Virus record (IMG/VR): IMGVR_UViG_3300042197_001007
Direction: 5' to 3' (one strand)
DNA: 64,000 nucleotides
From: a virus
Made by a program: the position numbers and the translations under genes. How positions within the stretch are numbered: position 1 is the first letter of the stretch; every line of letters starts with the position of its first letter. Below are positions 46,334 to 54,787 of the stretch, piece by piece. Under the pieces are notes generated by a model, which was not told the origin of the DNA, made no database searches, and saw only the letters and a program-made list of their open reading frames with translations.

Positions 46334-46424
46334 TGAGAGAGGAGGGAATTGAACCCCCGATGGTTCCAATGTAACGGTTTTACAGACCGCAGCCACACGT
46401 ATTGCCAACAGTAGCCACTCTCTC
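46334..46424 (-). tRNA. tRNA-Tyr(GUA) with enlarged D-loop
   Basis: Loop CTGTAAA, long variable arm, D-loop of about 16 nt. Confidence 0.85.
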
Positions 46425-46427
46425 ATA

Positions 46428-46500
46428 TGGGTTTGGTCGGGGTCGAACCGACGACTTACAGGTTAAAAGCCCGCTACTCTACCAACTGAGTTACAAACCC
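46428..46500 (-). tRNA. tRNA-Lys(UUU)
   Basis: Loop CTTTTAA. Confidence 0.93.
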
Positions 46501-46622
46501 AAATAATGTGATAAATATTCAGTTGTCAAGGTGCTGGTGGTCTCTCGACCACTTGATTAGAATACCACCGTTTGGTCTCTGGGGAGGGACTGGTGGACAC
46601 TTGAAGGACCGTCACAAGCAAC

Positions 46623-46658
46623 AAAAAAGGGGAGGAAACTTTTGGTTTCTCTCCCCGT
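46623..46658 (-). terminator. Rho-independent terminator upstream of the tRNA array
   Basis: GGGGAG..CTCCCC followed by TTTTTT. Confidence 0.7.
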
Positions 46659-46684
46659 TCTTTTGCTTTTATGAATTACATATC

Positions 46685-46783
46685 TTACATATGCTTATCC
46701 ATATCCGCAAACAGGGGAGATCCCTCAATATGCCAATAGCGGCAATCGAGAATACTAAACTGTTTGGGCATTGGATAAGACAT
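46685..46783 (-). CDS. Small peptide (32 aa, MSYPMPKQFSILDCRYWHIEGSPLFADMDKHM)
   Basis: Own late promoter TATAAATA (46806-46813) and terminator. Confidence 0.6.
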   Translation of the reverse strand: MSYPMPKQFSILDCRYWHIEGSPLFADMDKHM

Positions 46784-46832
46784 TGTTTTCGACCTTTAAT
46801 GTGTTTATTTATAAGAGTTTTTGAAAACTCAA

Positions 46833-46906
46833 CGCCTCAGGTTGGATTCGAACCAACGGCTAACCGCTTAGAAGGCGGATACTCTAGTCCACTGAGTTAC
46901 TGAGGC
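46833..46906 (-). tRNA. tRNA-Arg(UCU)
   Basis: Loop CTTCTAA. Confidence 0.93.
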
Positions 46907-46920
46907 ATGTAGATAGTATA

Positions 46921-47319
46921 TCAGTGTTTGGGGCAAGTGTCAATCCACGGAGAGCACAACCTGATTTCCCCTCCCAGTGATCGACACTCATCAGTATAGC
47001 ACACAGAGGTGTCCACTGGTTTTTCTGAGTATCTTGGAGATGGCATTTTAACAGTTCCATCGTCTCCTGTCAATCGTTCATAATCTCTGATCGCTTTATC
47101 GACAGTTCTCTTTACTTTGCGTTCTATGATACCAGGATCTTTCTGTAGTTCTGGTATCAAAGGAGAATCTGGTTGATACTTTACTAATGTTTCGTAAATT
47201 ATATCCCAGATATGTTTATCCTCTATCTTGAGGCAAGATGAGAGTGATGCTACAACTAATGTAAGTATTAGTATTGTTTTTATAGATGTTTTCTTTTTAC
47301 CAAAATTAAAATTAAACAT
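46921..47319 (-). CDS. Putative lipoprotein / secreted hypothetical protein
   Basis: Hydrophobic N-terminus ending LSSC; C-terminal CY..C..C..C. Confidence 0.7.
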   Translation of the reverse strand: MFNFNFGKKKTSIKTILILTLVVASLSSCLKIEDKHIWDIIYETLVKYQPDSPLIPELQKDPGIIERKVKRTVDKAIRDYERLTGDDGTVKMPSPRYSEKPVDTSVCYTDECRSLGGEIRLCSPWIDTCPKH

Positions 47320-47353
47320 AAAAAAAGGAAGAGCTGCGGCACCACTCTTCCTT
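47320..47353 (-). terminator. Terminator after the rlpA-like gene
   Basis: AAGGAAGAG/CTCTTCCTT followed by a U-run. Confidence 0.7.
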
Positions 47354-47376
47354 ATTTATTACGAAAGTAAGATTGA

Positions 47377-47739
47377 TCAGATCCTACTATAGCATACAGT
47401 TGTCACACCTTGCCCTGGGTGAGCAATAGAAGAGAACGCACCATAAGACAGGTCAAGATCCCTATCTCCAACATAGGGTCCGCGATCATTTACACGCACA
47501 ATTACAGATCTACCATTTCGTTGATTCGTAACTCGTAATCTGGTTCCGAATGGAAGCCATCTGTGTGCTACCGATTTACCGTATGCGTTATACTTTTCGC
47601 CATTAGCAGTTGTTTGCCCATGATATCCATCACCAATTCCATAATGTGAAGCGAGGGAACATCCGCTCGCTGCCTTTGCTGTTACGGGTGCCAATCCGAC
47701 GAGACCAAAGGCAAGAATTGAAAGTGTTTTAAGAAGCAT
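47377..47739 (-). CDS. RlpA-like (DPBB) lytic transglycosylase with signal peptide
   Basis: ASHYG..TANGE.Y..AHR.LPFGT.LRVTN..VRVNDRGPY..LDLS. Confidence 0.9.
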   Translation of the reverse strand: MLLKTLSILAFGLVGLAPVTAKAASGCSLASHYGIGDGYHGQTTANGEKYNAYGKSVAHRWLPFGTRLRVTNQRNGRSVIVRVNDRGPYVGDRDLDLSYGAFSSIAHPGQGVTTVCYSRI

Positions 47740-47750
47740 TAATTTACATT

Positions 47751-47866
47751 GAACTCTACATCCCAATAGAGAAAGCGCACTTCCCCCCTCTCAAGGGGCA
47801 ATCTCCTGGGCTCTAATTGTCACTCACTCTCTCATTATGAGAAAACCCGCCGAATTTGACGGGTAT
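47751..47866 (-). ncRNA. Structured 5' leader of the rlpA-like gene (riboswitch-like candidate)
   Basis: Three-way junction CCCA/UGGG, GGAGA/UCUCU, CCCC/GGGG, AAG/CUU; alternative helix CUCUAU/GUAGAG. Confidence 0.45.
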
Positions 47867-47872
47867 GAAATC

Positions 47873-47901
47873 ATTATAAGTGATTATTTAGGTTTTGTCA
47901 A
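47873..47901 (-). promoter_or_regulatory. Composite promoter for the rlpA-like gene
   Basis: TTGACA-N17-TATAAT with TAAATA in the spacer. Confidence 0.75.
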
Positions 47902-47936
47902 GATTTTCCTAAATACCCCTGGCAACGAGGGCACAG

Positions 47937-48176
47937 ATGAAACTCAATCTAAATAAGCTCATTTTTATCGTATGCGTATCAGCAGTTGGATTTGTTGGTC
48001 TCAACTTTGTTGCCTGTAACTTCATGATACCAGGATCTATCATTAGTGCTAATGTGTTAGGAGGACTAAAAAATCCTCCTCCCCTGGATTGTAAAGAATC
48101 CGAGAGAAGAGGATATGAAACTTTATTGGCAATTCTGACTACTGTAATTGCTCTAAGAACTAAAGTAGAAGATTAA
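47937..48176 (+). CDS. Small membrane protein convergent with the lysin
   Basis: Two hydrophobic segments; late TAAATA near 47910. Confidence 0.7.
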   Translation: MKLNLNKLIFIVCVSAVGFVGLNFVACNFMIPGSIISANVLGGLKNPPPLDCKESERRGYETLLAILTTVIALRTKVED

Positions 48177-48673
48177 GAAACCCAGAGTTTACCTTCTGCT
48201 TTTCTTCTTCTAAGTAATCCTGCTTCAACTTTGCTGCCAGGATTACGATACATCTCTAATACTTTTGGTACATCATTCCATTTGTGATCTTTGAGTATTC
48301 TTGAGATCGTGTCAAACCCAGGACTGTTAAAAAAGTTAGCCCCGAGATTGTAAGCAAAAGATAATAATGCTCCACGCTGGTTTTCATTCATCTCTCCCCA
48401 ATACGGTATTTTTGCGAGTGTTGGAATGTATTCTTTTTTAATTTGAGAGATTAGCAGATCATCAGCAACTTTTTGGGAAATCTTTTGACCGAGTTTAAAT
48501 GGTTTTCCATTAAAATCTCTGGTGCTTCCCCATCCTATAGTAATAGGTAATCCGCCAGTACGAGGGTCTGGATAAGCAGTTAATTCACAACCCTCAAATT
48601 CTTTAATGAGTTCTACTCCTTTTGCGGGTAAAGTGTATTTACCTGTAAAAGGAGTAGAACTTGTTACTTTTTT
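48173..48673 (-). CDS. Phage lysozyme (GH24-like) domain, no standard start, -1 frame relative to the upstream peptidase
   Basis: GVELIKEFEGCELTAYPDP..TIGWGST..ALLSFAYNLG..GLLRRRKAEGKLW; the frame opens after TGA at 48679-48677. Confidence 0.9.
   Translation of the reverse strand, partial: KKVTSSTPFTGKYTLPAKGVELIKEFEGCELTAYPDPRTGGLPITIGWGSTRDFNGKPFKLGQKISQKVADDLLISQIKKEYIPTLAKIPYWGEMNENQRGALLSFAYNLGANFFNSPGFDTISRILKDHKWNDVPKVLEMYRNPGSKVEAGLLRRRKAEGKLWVS
48609..48673 (-). promoter_or_regulatory. -1 programmed ribosomal frameshift signal
   Basis: A AAA AAG (48673-48667), 5-nt spacer, perfect 15-bp stem 48661-48647/48623-48609. Confidence 0.85.
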
Positions 48674-49365
48674 GCATCAAAAATCCTTCCCCATCCATCG
48701 TTACCCTTAGGGCACCATCTACGAACAAGATCAGACTTTTTATATACAGCACCTTTGCCATTGGTTACAGCACCAGTGTATCCATCATTTAGTGAACCAT
48801 ATGGATCATTCACCACATAATCACCAGAAGGTGTCTTACCAATCACTACACACATGTGCCCACCAGTAGGAGCAGATAAAGAACCCCTGTGGAGAATACC
48901 AATAACAACGGGTCTGTTAGCAGCAAGCTCACGATCAAGGTCATTGAAAGTAAGACTATAGCTAAACTGTGACTGAATACCATAAGACGCCAGAGCACGG
49001 GTTTGAACCAAGTGATCTGTTGTATCACCGATTGAGAATACTTTTTGAACATAAGCATCATCACCCTTTGCTCCTTTTAAAGTACCAGGCTTGAAGTATT
49101 CAAGTACCATAGCACAAGCAGAAGAATTACAGGTTCTATCAGCATCTCTATAGTTGTCTGTCTGAGGAAAGAAAGGAACATCAAGAATTGATGTTCTTGG
49201 TTTGTCTGGTTGTGATCTAAAAATCTTCACCCAGTTTGCTGTATCTTCCATTTCTTCTGGTGCTTTTTTGTCAAGCGTCTTTTCCAGTTCTTCTACAGCA
49301 GCGCGATGTTTTGGGTTATTTTCATCGTAGTGTTTAAAAAAATTGTGAAGGTCAATCTTGGGCAT
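48664..49365 (-). CDS. Peptidase C39-like (papain-fold) protein
   Basis: LDVPFFPQ..TCNSSACAM..GGHM.VVIG..VVNDPYG. Confidence 0.85.
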   Translation of the reverse strand: MPKIDLHNFFKHYDENNPKHRAAVEELEKTLDKKAPEEMEDTANWVKIFRSQPDKPRTSILDVPFFPQTDNYRDADRTCNSSACAMVLEYFKPGTLKGAKGDDAYVQKVFSIGDTTDHLVQTRALASYGIQSQFSYSLTFNDLDRELAANRPVVIGILHRGSLSAPTGGHMCVVIGKTPSGDYVVNDPYGSLNDGYTGAVTNGKGAVYKKSDLVRRWCPKGNDGWGRIFDAKK

Positions 49366-49699
49366 TGGGTTCTCCATAGAGGTTTATAAAATATTCCGCA
49401 TCAACTACAACTAATGGACTTTCTCCATTCTTCTTTATAACCACAATTGGTTCATAATTTCCTTTGTTGGCAACAGCTTGTTTGTATGCCTCCCAGATAT
49501 TTAGTTTCTCCACATTCTTACACTCAATACTGTGAGGAAATTTTGACCTGGCATCCCTTGCCATAATTAGATCCTCACCTCCCGCGCCCATACTACGACT
49601 TTCAATATCTTCGGGATGAATATTAAGACATTCTATTAATTTTTCACGTACCCATTGTTGAAGACGACGACCTTTTGCTTTAGCAGATTGTGGACGCAT
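49352..49699 (-). CDS. PD-(D/E)XK endonuclease, resolvase-like
   Basis: SAKAKGR..SMGAGGEDL..SIECKN.EKLN.W. Confidence 0.8.
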   Translation of the reverse strand: MRPQSAKAKGRRLQQWVREKLIECLNIHPEDIESRSMGAGGEDLIMARDARSKFPHSIECKNVEKLNIWEAYKQAVANKGNYEPIVVIKKNGESPLVVVDAEYFINLYGEPNAQD

Positions 49700-49734
49700 A
49701 ATAAAAAACCTCCTTCACGGAGGTATTTATCTAT

Positions 49735-49920
49735 TCAGTTAAACCAGGGGTCTGGAATTTTTTCAGTAGAATGTCTAATATCCACCTTTGTTGATGGTTT
49801 AGATTTTCTATATTCTGCTGCTGTTGTTCCAGTTTCTCCTGTATCTTTTTTATTTTTTTCTTTCTCACAGTTTAAAACCAGCGAAAGTATCTTTCTTAAC
49901 ATCTTGTTTAATGCTCCCAA
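49735..49920 (-). CDS. Hypothetical protein
   Basis: ORF track; overlaps the nrdB end; C-terminal IPDPWFN. Confidence 0.5.
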   Translation of the reverse strand: MGALNKMLRKILSLVLNCEKEKNKKDTGETGTTAAEYRKSKPSTKVDIRHSTEKIPDPWFN

Positions 49921-51043
49921 TTAAATAGCTCTCAACCTCTGTCTCTTGAGGAGCAACCTGCATTCCCTTAGAAGATAACCAATGCTCTGTCCAAGGAAGA
50001 GGATTGTTAATAATAGGAGTGTCAAAAATTGCTTTGAGACCGATAGACTTCAGACGGCGGTTAGCAGTCCACTCAACATACTTAGCAAGCAGTTTGTCAT
50101 TCAGACCAATAATAGATCCATCCTTGAACAGATATTCTGCCCATTGCTTTTCTTCATCAACACATTCTCTAAACATTTGATACACTTGTTCTTTCTCTTC
50201 TTTGGCAATCTGAACCATATCAGGATCATCACCTTCCTTCCATTTGTTTAGAATGTTCTGGGTGATGGTCATGTGTTGGCTTTCGTCTCTTGCGATAAGT
50301 CCGATGATTTTGGCACTTCCTTCCAAGAGTTTAAGTTCACCAAAAGCGAAAGAGCAGGCAAACGATACGTAGAACCGAATTCCTTCGAGGATATATACGT
50401 TCGCAACCGCTCGATATAGTTTTCTTTTGAGATCATAGAGTGTATCTTTTGCTGATGGTGTTCCTTCCAATTCGTGTTGCCATTGGTTTCCTGCTCCCCA
50501 TTCTGTTGCTGCCTGTAAAAACTCATCATATGAACGAGTTACAGAGCGAGCACGTTGAAGGATCTTATCATCATCAAGGATCGTATCAAACACCTCAGAG
50601 GGGTCAGCATAAACATTCTTGATGATATGGGTGTAGGAGCGACTGTGAACCATCTCCATCGTCTGCCAGATGTTCATAGCACCCTCAAGTTCAGGAAGGG
50701 AACAGTAAGGCATAAATGCCATACCAGGACCTCTACCCTGAACACTGTCAAGAAGAATTTGATACTTCAGATTGGAAGTAAAGATATGCTTTTGTGCGGT
50801 ATTTAAAGTTTGATAATCAGCACGATCTTTCTGAAGGGATACCTCTTCAGGTCTCCAGAAATATCCAAGCTGCTGTTGTGTCAGTTTGTCAAATACAGGA
50901 TACTTGAACTTATCATAACGCTGAACCCCCAGAGGAGGTCCAAAAAACATTTTCTGTTTTGTGGTATCAACTTTATTTGTGTTGAATACAGTCATACCTT
51001 CTACGTTTTGTGGTTCTGTAACTCTAAATTTTACAACTGTCAC
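49865..51043 (-). CDS. nrdB: Ribonucleotide reductase beta subunit
   Basis: FWRPEEV, LDSVQGR, HSRSYTHI, LEGIRFYVSF, RDESQH, APQETE. Confidence 0.97.
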   Translation of the reverse strand: MTVVKFRVTEPQNVEGMTVFNTNKVDTTKQKMFFGPPLGVQRYDKFKYPVFDKLTQQQLGYFWRPEEVSLQKDRADYQTLNTAQKHIFTSNLKYQILLDSVQGRGPGMAFMPYCSLPELEGAMNIWQTMEMVHSRSYTHIIKNVYADPSEVFDTILDDDKILQRARSVTRSYDEFLQAATEWGAGNQWQHELEGTPSAKDTLYDLKRKLYRAVANVYILEGIRFYVSFACSFAFGELKLLEGSAKIIGLIARDESQHMTITQNILNKWKEGDDPDMVQIAKEEKEQVYQMFRECVDEEKQWAEYLFKDGSIIGLNDKLLAKYVEWTANRRLKSIGLKAIFDTPIINNPLPWTEHWLSSKGMQVAPQETEVESYLIGSIKQDVKKDTFAGFKL

Positions 51044-53345
51044 AATCTTCTTCCTCCGTTTTGAAAATGTCGTCTAATAGATCTTTGATTGAATTTTTCT
51101 TTTCTTCTTCTGTTAAGAGAAGTTCATCACTCTTGATGTCATATGTATTCTGATAGTATGAGGTCTTCCAACCATATTTGTAGGTCTTCAGAAGATCGCC
51201 AGCCATTACAGATACTGGAACTTCGTTGTCATCATAGTTTTCTGGATTATAACTCCAGTTACCAGAAATTGCTTGGTCAAAGAATTTCTGCATCGCAGCA
51301 ACGATTTTGATATAACCATCATTATCTTTCATGTCCCAAAGAAGAGTGTAGTTATTTTTGAGAGACCCATACTGCGGAACAATCTGCTTAAGGGGTCCTT
51401 TCTTACTCTTCTTAGTGGACATATAACCTCTTGGTGGTTCAATTCCGTTTGTGGCATTTGACACAACGGAACTGCTTTCTGAAGGCATTTGTGCTGACAG
51501 TGTGCTATGTCGTAATCCAAATGTTTGTATCTCGGAACGTAGAACTTCCCAATCATACTTCAGCGTTGGATCACAGAACTCATCAATGTCGCGCTTGTAT
51601 GTATCAATTGGGAGGATACCGTCAGCATATTTGGTTCTTGAGAAGTACTCACATGCTCCCTTCTCCTTGGCGAGGGTATTGGAAGACTTGAGAAGATAGT
51701 ACTGGAAAGCTTCAGTAAGGTCGTGGACGAGTTGCCATGCTGCTGGATCATCATAGTGTTCTCCTTGTTTTGCGAGATAGTGTGCCAATCCAATGTAACC
51801 AATGCCAAGAGAACGACGAGCTAGCGTAGATCTTCTGGCAGCAGCAACTGGATATCCCTGATAATCAATCAATTCTTCAAGACCGCGAACAGCAAGATCG
51901 CAAAGTTCTTCCAGATCATCAAGAGTTTTTAGTTTACCAACATTGATCGCAGACAAAATACAGAGAGCAATCTCTCCTTCTTTGTCATCAATATGATTAA
52001 TTGGATCTGTTGGCAGGGTAATCTCCTGACAAAGATTTGACATATTAACCTTATCTTTGAAAGAAGAGTGAGAGTTACAATGATCAATATTCATAATGTA
52101 AATGCGACCAGTCTCTGCTCTCTCCTTCAGGAGGTCCAGAATGAGTTCTTGAGCGCCAATAGTTTTTCTTGGAATAGTTGTATCTCGTTCAAAAGATACA
52201 TATAACTCGTCAAATCTATCAGTGCCAAAAGCATCATACAGACCAGGAACATCATGGGGAGAGAAGAGTGAGATTTCTTGATCTTGGATGAAACGTTCAT
52301 AGAACAGTTTTGAGATTTGAATTGAGTAGTCTAACTTACGAACACGATTATCTTCGGTTCCTTTATTGTTTTTTAATACAATAATATCTTCTATTTCTTT
52401 GTGCCAGATTGGAAAGTGGACAGTAGCACTTCCACCGCGAATCCCGTTTTGTGTACAGCATCTAACAGTTGCTTCAAACTTTTTGAGGAATGGGATAACA
52501 CCTGTATGAGTAACTTCTCCCCCTCTGATCTTGCTGTTGATGCCACGGATGCGACCTGCGTTGATACCGATGCCCGCCCTTTGACTAACATAGTAGCCGA
52601 TAGCCATGTCACTGCTAAAAATGCTATCGAGGGTGTCATCAACATCAACAAGAACACAGCTAGCAAATTGTCTGAGTGGTGTCCTAACGCCCGCCATAAT
52701 GGGGGTAGGGATGTTGATCTTGTGCTTTGAGATTGCGTCGTAGTATCTCTTGACATACTCTAACCTGTCCTTGCGATAGTTCTGGAACAAAGTCGCAGCA
52801 ATCATCATATACATGTATTGTGGAGTTTCATAAAGATCCCCACTGCTACGATCTTGAACGAGATACTTATCTACAACCTGACGTAAACCAGCATAGGTAA
52901 ATAAGAAATCTCTTTCATGATCAATAAAGCTGTTGATCTTGTCCCATTCTTCTTTAGTATATTTACCAAGAATTTCTTTGTCGTAAATTCCCTTCACAGC
53001 ACACTTGAAGGCATGATCCAATATGTGAGGATAACCATTCACCCAAGCAGATCCAAATACTTGTTTGCGAAGTCCGAATAAAAGTAGTCTGGCAGCAACA
53101 AATTGATAGTTTGGACTATCAAGGCTGATCAAATCACTGGCAGAACGAACAAGAATTTCTTGAATGTTTTTGGTTTCAATACCATCAAAGAATTGAAGAC
53201 CGGAATTCATTTCCACTTGAGAGGCACTCACACCGCTCCCTAACCCCTCGCAAGCTTCTTCTACCATCTTATGGATCTTATCAAGATTAAGAGGTTCTAC
53301 AGACCCATTACGCTTGCGAACTTGAATGTTGTATCCGTTTGTCAT
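51024..53345 (-). CDS. nrdA: Ribonucleotide reductase alpha subunit (class Ia, ATP-cone)
   Basis: PTPIMAG, FASCVL, SNLCQEI, MPSESSS, C-terminal CDSCKI. Confidence 0.97.
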   Translation of the reverse strand: MTNGYNIQVRKRNGSVEPLNLDKIHKMVEEACEGLGSGVSASQVEMNSGLQFFDGIETKNIQEILVRSASDLISLDSPNYQFVAARLLLFGLRKQVFGSAWVNGYPHILDHAFKCAVKGIYDKEILGKYTKEEWDKINSFIDHERDFLFTYAGLRQVVDKYLVQDRSSGDLYETPQYMYMMIAATLFQNYRKDRLEYVKRYYDAISKHKINIPTPIMAGVRTPLRQFASCVLVDVDDTLDSIFSSDMAIGYYVSQRAGIGINAGRIRGINSKIRGGEVTHTGVIPFLKKFEATVRCCTQNGIRGGSATVHFPIWHKEIEDIIVLKNNKGTEDNRVRKLDYSIQISKLFYERFIQDQEISLFSPHDVPGLYDAFGTDRFDELYVSFERDTTIPRKTIGAQELILDLLKERAETGRIYIMNIDHCNSHSSFKDKVNMSNLCQEITLPTDPINHIDDKEGEIALCILSAINVGKLKTLDDLEELCDLAVRGLEELIDYQGYPVAAARRSTLARRSLGIGYIGLAHYLAKQGEHYDDPAAWQLVHDLTEAFQYYLLKSSNTLAKEKGACEYFSRTKYADGILPIDTYKRDIDEFCDPTLKYDWEVLRSEIQTFGLRHSTLSAQMPSESSSVVSNATNGIEPPRGYMSTKKSKKGPLKQIVPQYGSLKNNYTLLWDMKDNDGYIKIVAAMQKFFDQAISGNWSYNPENYDDNEVPVSVMAGDLLKTYKYGWKTSYYQNTYDIKSDELLLTEEEKKNSIKDLLDDIFKTEEEDCDSCKI

Positions 53346-54340
53346 ACCTTTTTCCAATTGTTTAATTTGAGAGTTGCTTCTAATCCACTGTAGATATTAC
53401 ATTCTACTATATTTTGAACGTCTCGACCAGCAAGGGACATATCGTTCAAATCTTTTTCTACTACACCGTTAGGATAAATCACCACTGAATATCCTGCTTT
53501 AATTACCTTCTCATATTTTGCTACAATCTCTTTGTTACGTGGTTCATTATCAAATACAAATACAGTATCTTTTGAAAATTGAGACAATGAAACATCAGAA
53601 CCCGCCATTGCTAATCCGTTCTTTATGAACATACTATCAAAGGGTCCTTCTGTTACAAATAATCTCTTGTCGTAATTTACTCTGTCCTGTCCGAAAATCT
53701 TTGGTTGCCCTTCGTCCAGCATGATCGTGATGTATCTGAGTTTTGCTTTAGGAGCTAGCGATCTGCCTTGGTATCCAAAAAGGTTACCTTCTTTGTCTCG
53801 GAAAGGAATGATAATTCTGGGACTATCTTGACGAAGAGTTTCAAAGATTTTCTTTTGTTTATTTGTCCACTCTTTAAACTTTGGACAATAATAGAAATAA
53901 TCTAAATCTTTGATACCTCTATTTTCAAGATACTCTCTCGCCGGGTGAGAAATATTTAGGTCCGAAATTTTTTCAAGATCAATTGAATTTTCAGTTTTAG
54001 TGAAAAACTTTGGTTCCTGAAAATTAAAGACTGGGTTTGGAATTGTGGTTCCTTTGCCAGTCTTGCCATCCTTGAATTTTTCCATCACGTATTGATCATG
54101 AAGGAATGTGTCTTGGTCTTTTAGAAAGTTAGAGAGGGTTCTACCTGCTCCACAATTATGACACTTAAACACAAAATCATTCTTGATCTTGAACAAATAT
54201 CCTCTTGCCTTATTTCTACGCTTCTGACTATCTCCACAGTATGGGCACCTGAAATTATACAGGTCTGCTTTTTTGCGTGTAAAGAGAATAAGGCGAGAGG
54301 ATACAAGTTGAATGTATTTTACATCAATAAAAGAACTCAC
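53342..54340 (-). CDS. gp61: DNA primase gp61
   Basis: RCPYCGDS..FKCHNCG, TEGPFDS, DNEPRN, KDLND. Confidence 0.95.
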   Translation of the reverse strand: MSSFIDVKYIQLVSSRLILFTRKKADLYNFRCPYCGDSQKRRNKARGYLFKIKNDFVFKCHNCGAGRTLSNFLKDQDTFLHDQYVMEKFKDGKTGKGTTIPNPVFNFQEPKFFTKTENSIDLEKISDLNISHPAREYLENRGIKDLDYFYYCPKFKEWTNKQKKIFETLRQDSPRIIIPFRDKEGNLFGYQGRSLAPKAKLRYITIMLDEGQPKIFGQDRVNYDKRLFVTEGPFDSMFIKNGLAMAGSDVSLSQFSKDTVFVFDNEPRNKEIVAKYEKVIKAGYSVVIYPNGVVEKDLNDMSLAGRDVQNIVECNIYSGLEATLKLNNWKKV

Positions 54341-54771
54341 TTAACAAGGTCTATACTTTCCTGTATATTAGCATCTCGCTGAGGCATTGTCAATATACTG
54401 CCAAAAAATTCAGCAGATCCAAGAATTATGACCGCAGCCATAGATACTCCAACCACCATCCATCTAAATTTAATGAGTTCAACAACTCTATTTTCTACTT
54501 TTTCAATTCTTTCAATTACAGCAGCATGTTCTTTGCTATTGCTTTCGCGCATTTCTTCGACCATCTTAACGATTAGTTCGTCTGCGCGAATGCCTTGCTC
54601 TATTTTTTCCTCATGCTTTGCGAGGATAAGTGCGACTTTTTGATTACCTTCGCTAATTTTTTCTACCGCTCTTTCAAGTTTGTCAAGCATCTCTTTAGAG
54701 AGATCTTCATAGATCTGAAATTTTCCTTCTAGAACAGCAAGATCTTTTTGCTTGTCTAAACCGAATGGCAT
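54337..54771 (-). CDS. Coiled-coil protein with C-terminal TM segment
   Basis: ORF track, internal ATG. Confidence 0.7.
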   Translation of the reverse strand: MPFGLDKQKDLAVLEGKFQIYEDLSKEMLDKLERAVEKISEGNQKVALILAKHEEKIEQGIRADELIVKMVEEMRESNSKEHAAVIERIEKVENRVVELIKFRWMVVGVSMAAVIILGSAEFFGSILTMPQRDANIQESIDLVK

Positions 54772-54787
54772 TGTAGTAGTCTCCTCT

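Noticed and set aside
8829-46906. Stop-codon reassignment supported by the tRNA set
   Set aside because: No CUA, UUA or UCA suppressor anticodon was found. TAG and TGA end conserved genes at expected lengths (gp26, cpeT, nrdB, gp32).
49865-53357. Inteins or introns in nrdA and nrdB
   Set aside because: Normal lengths, continuous motifs.
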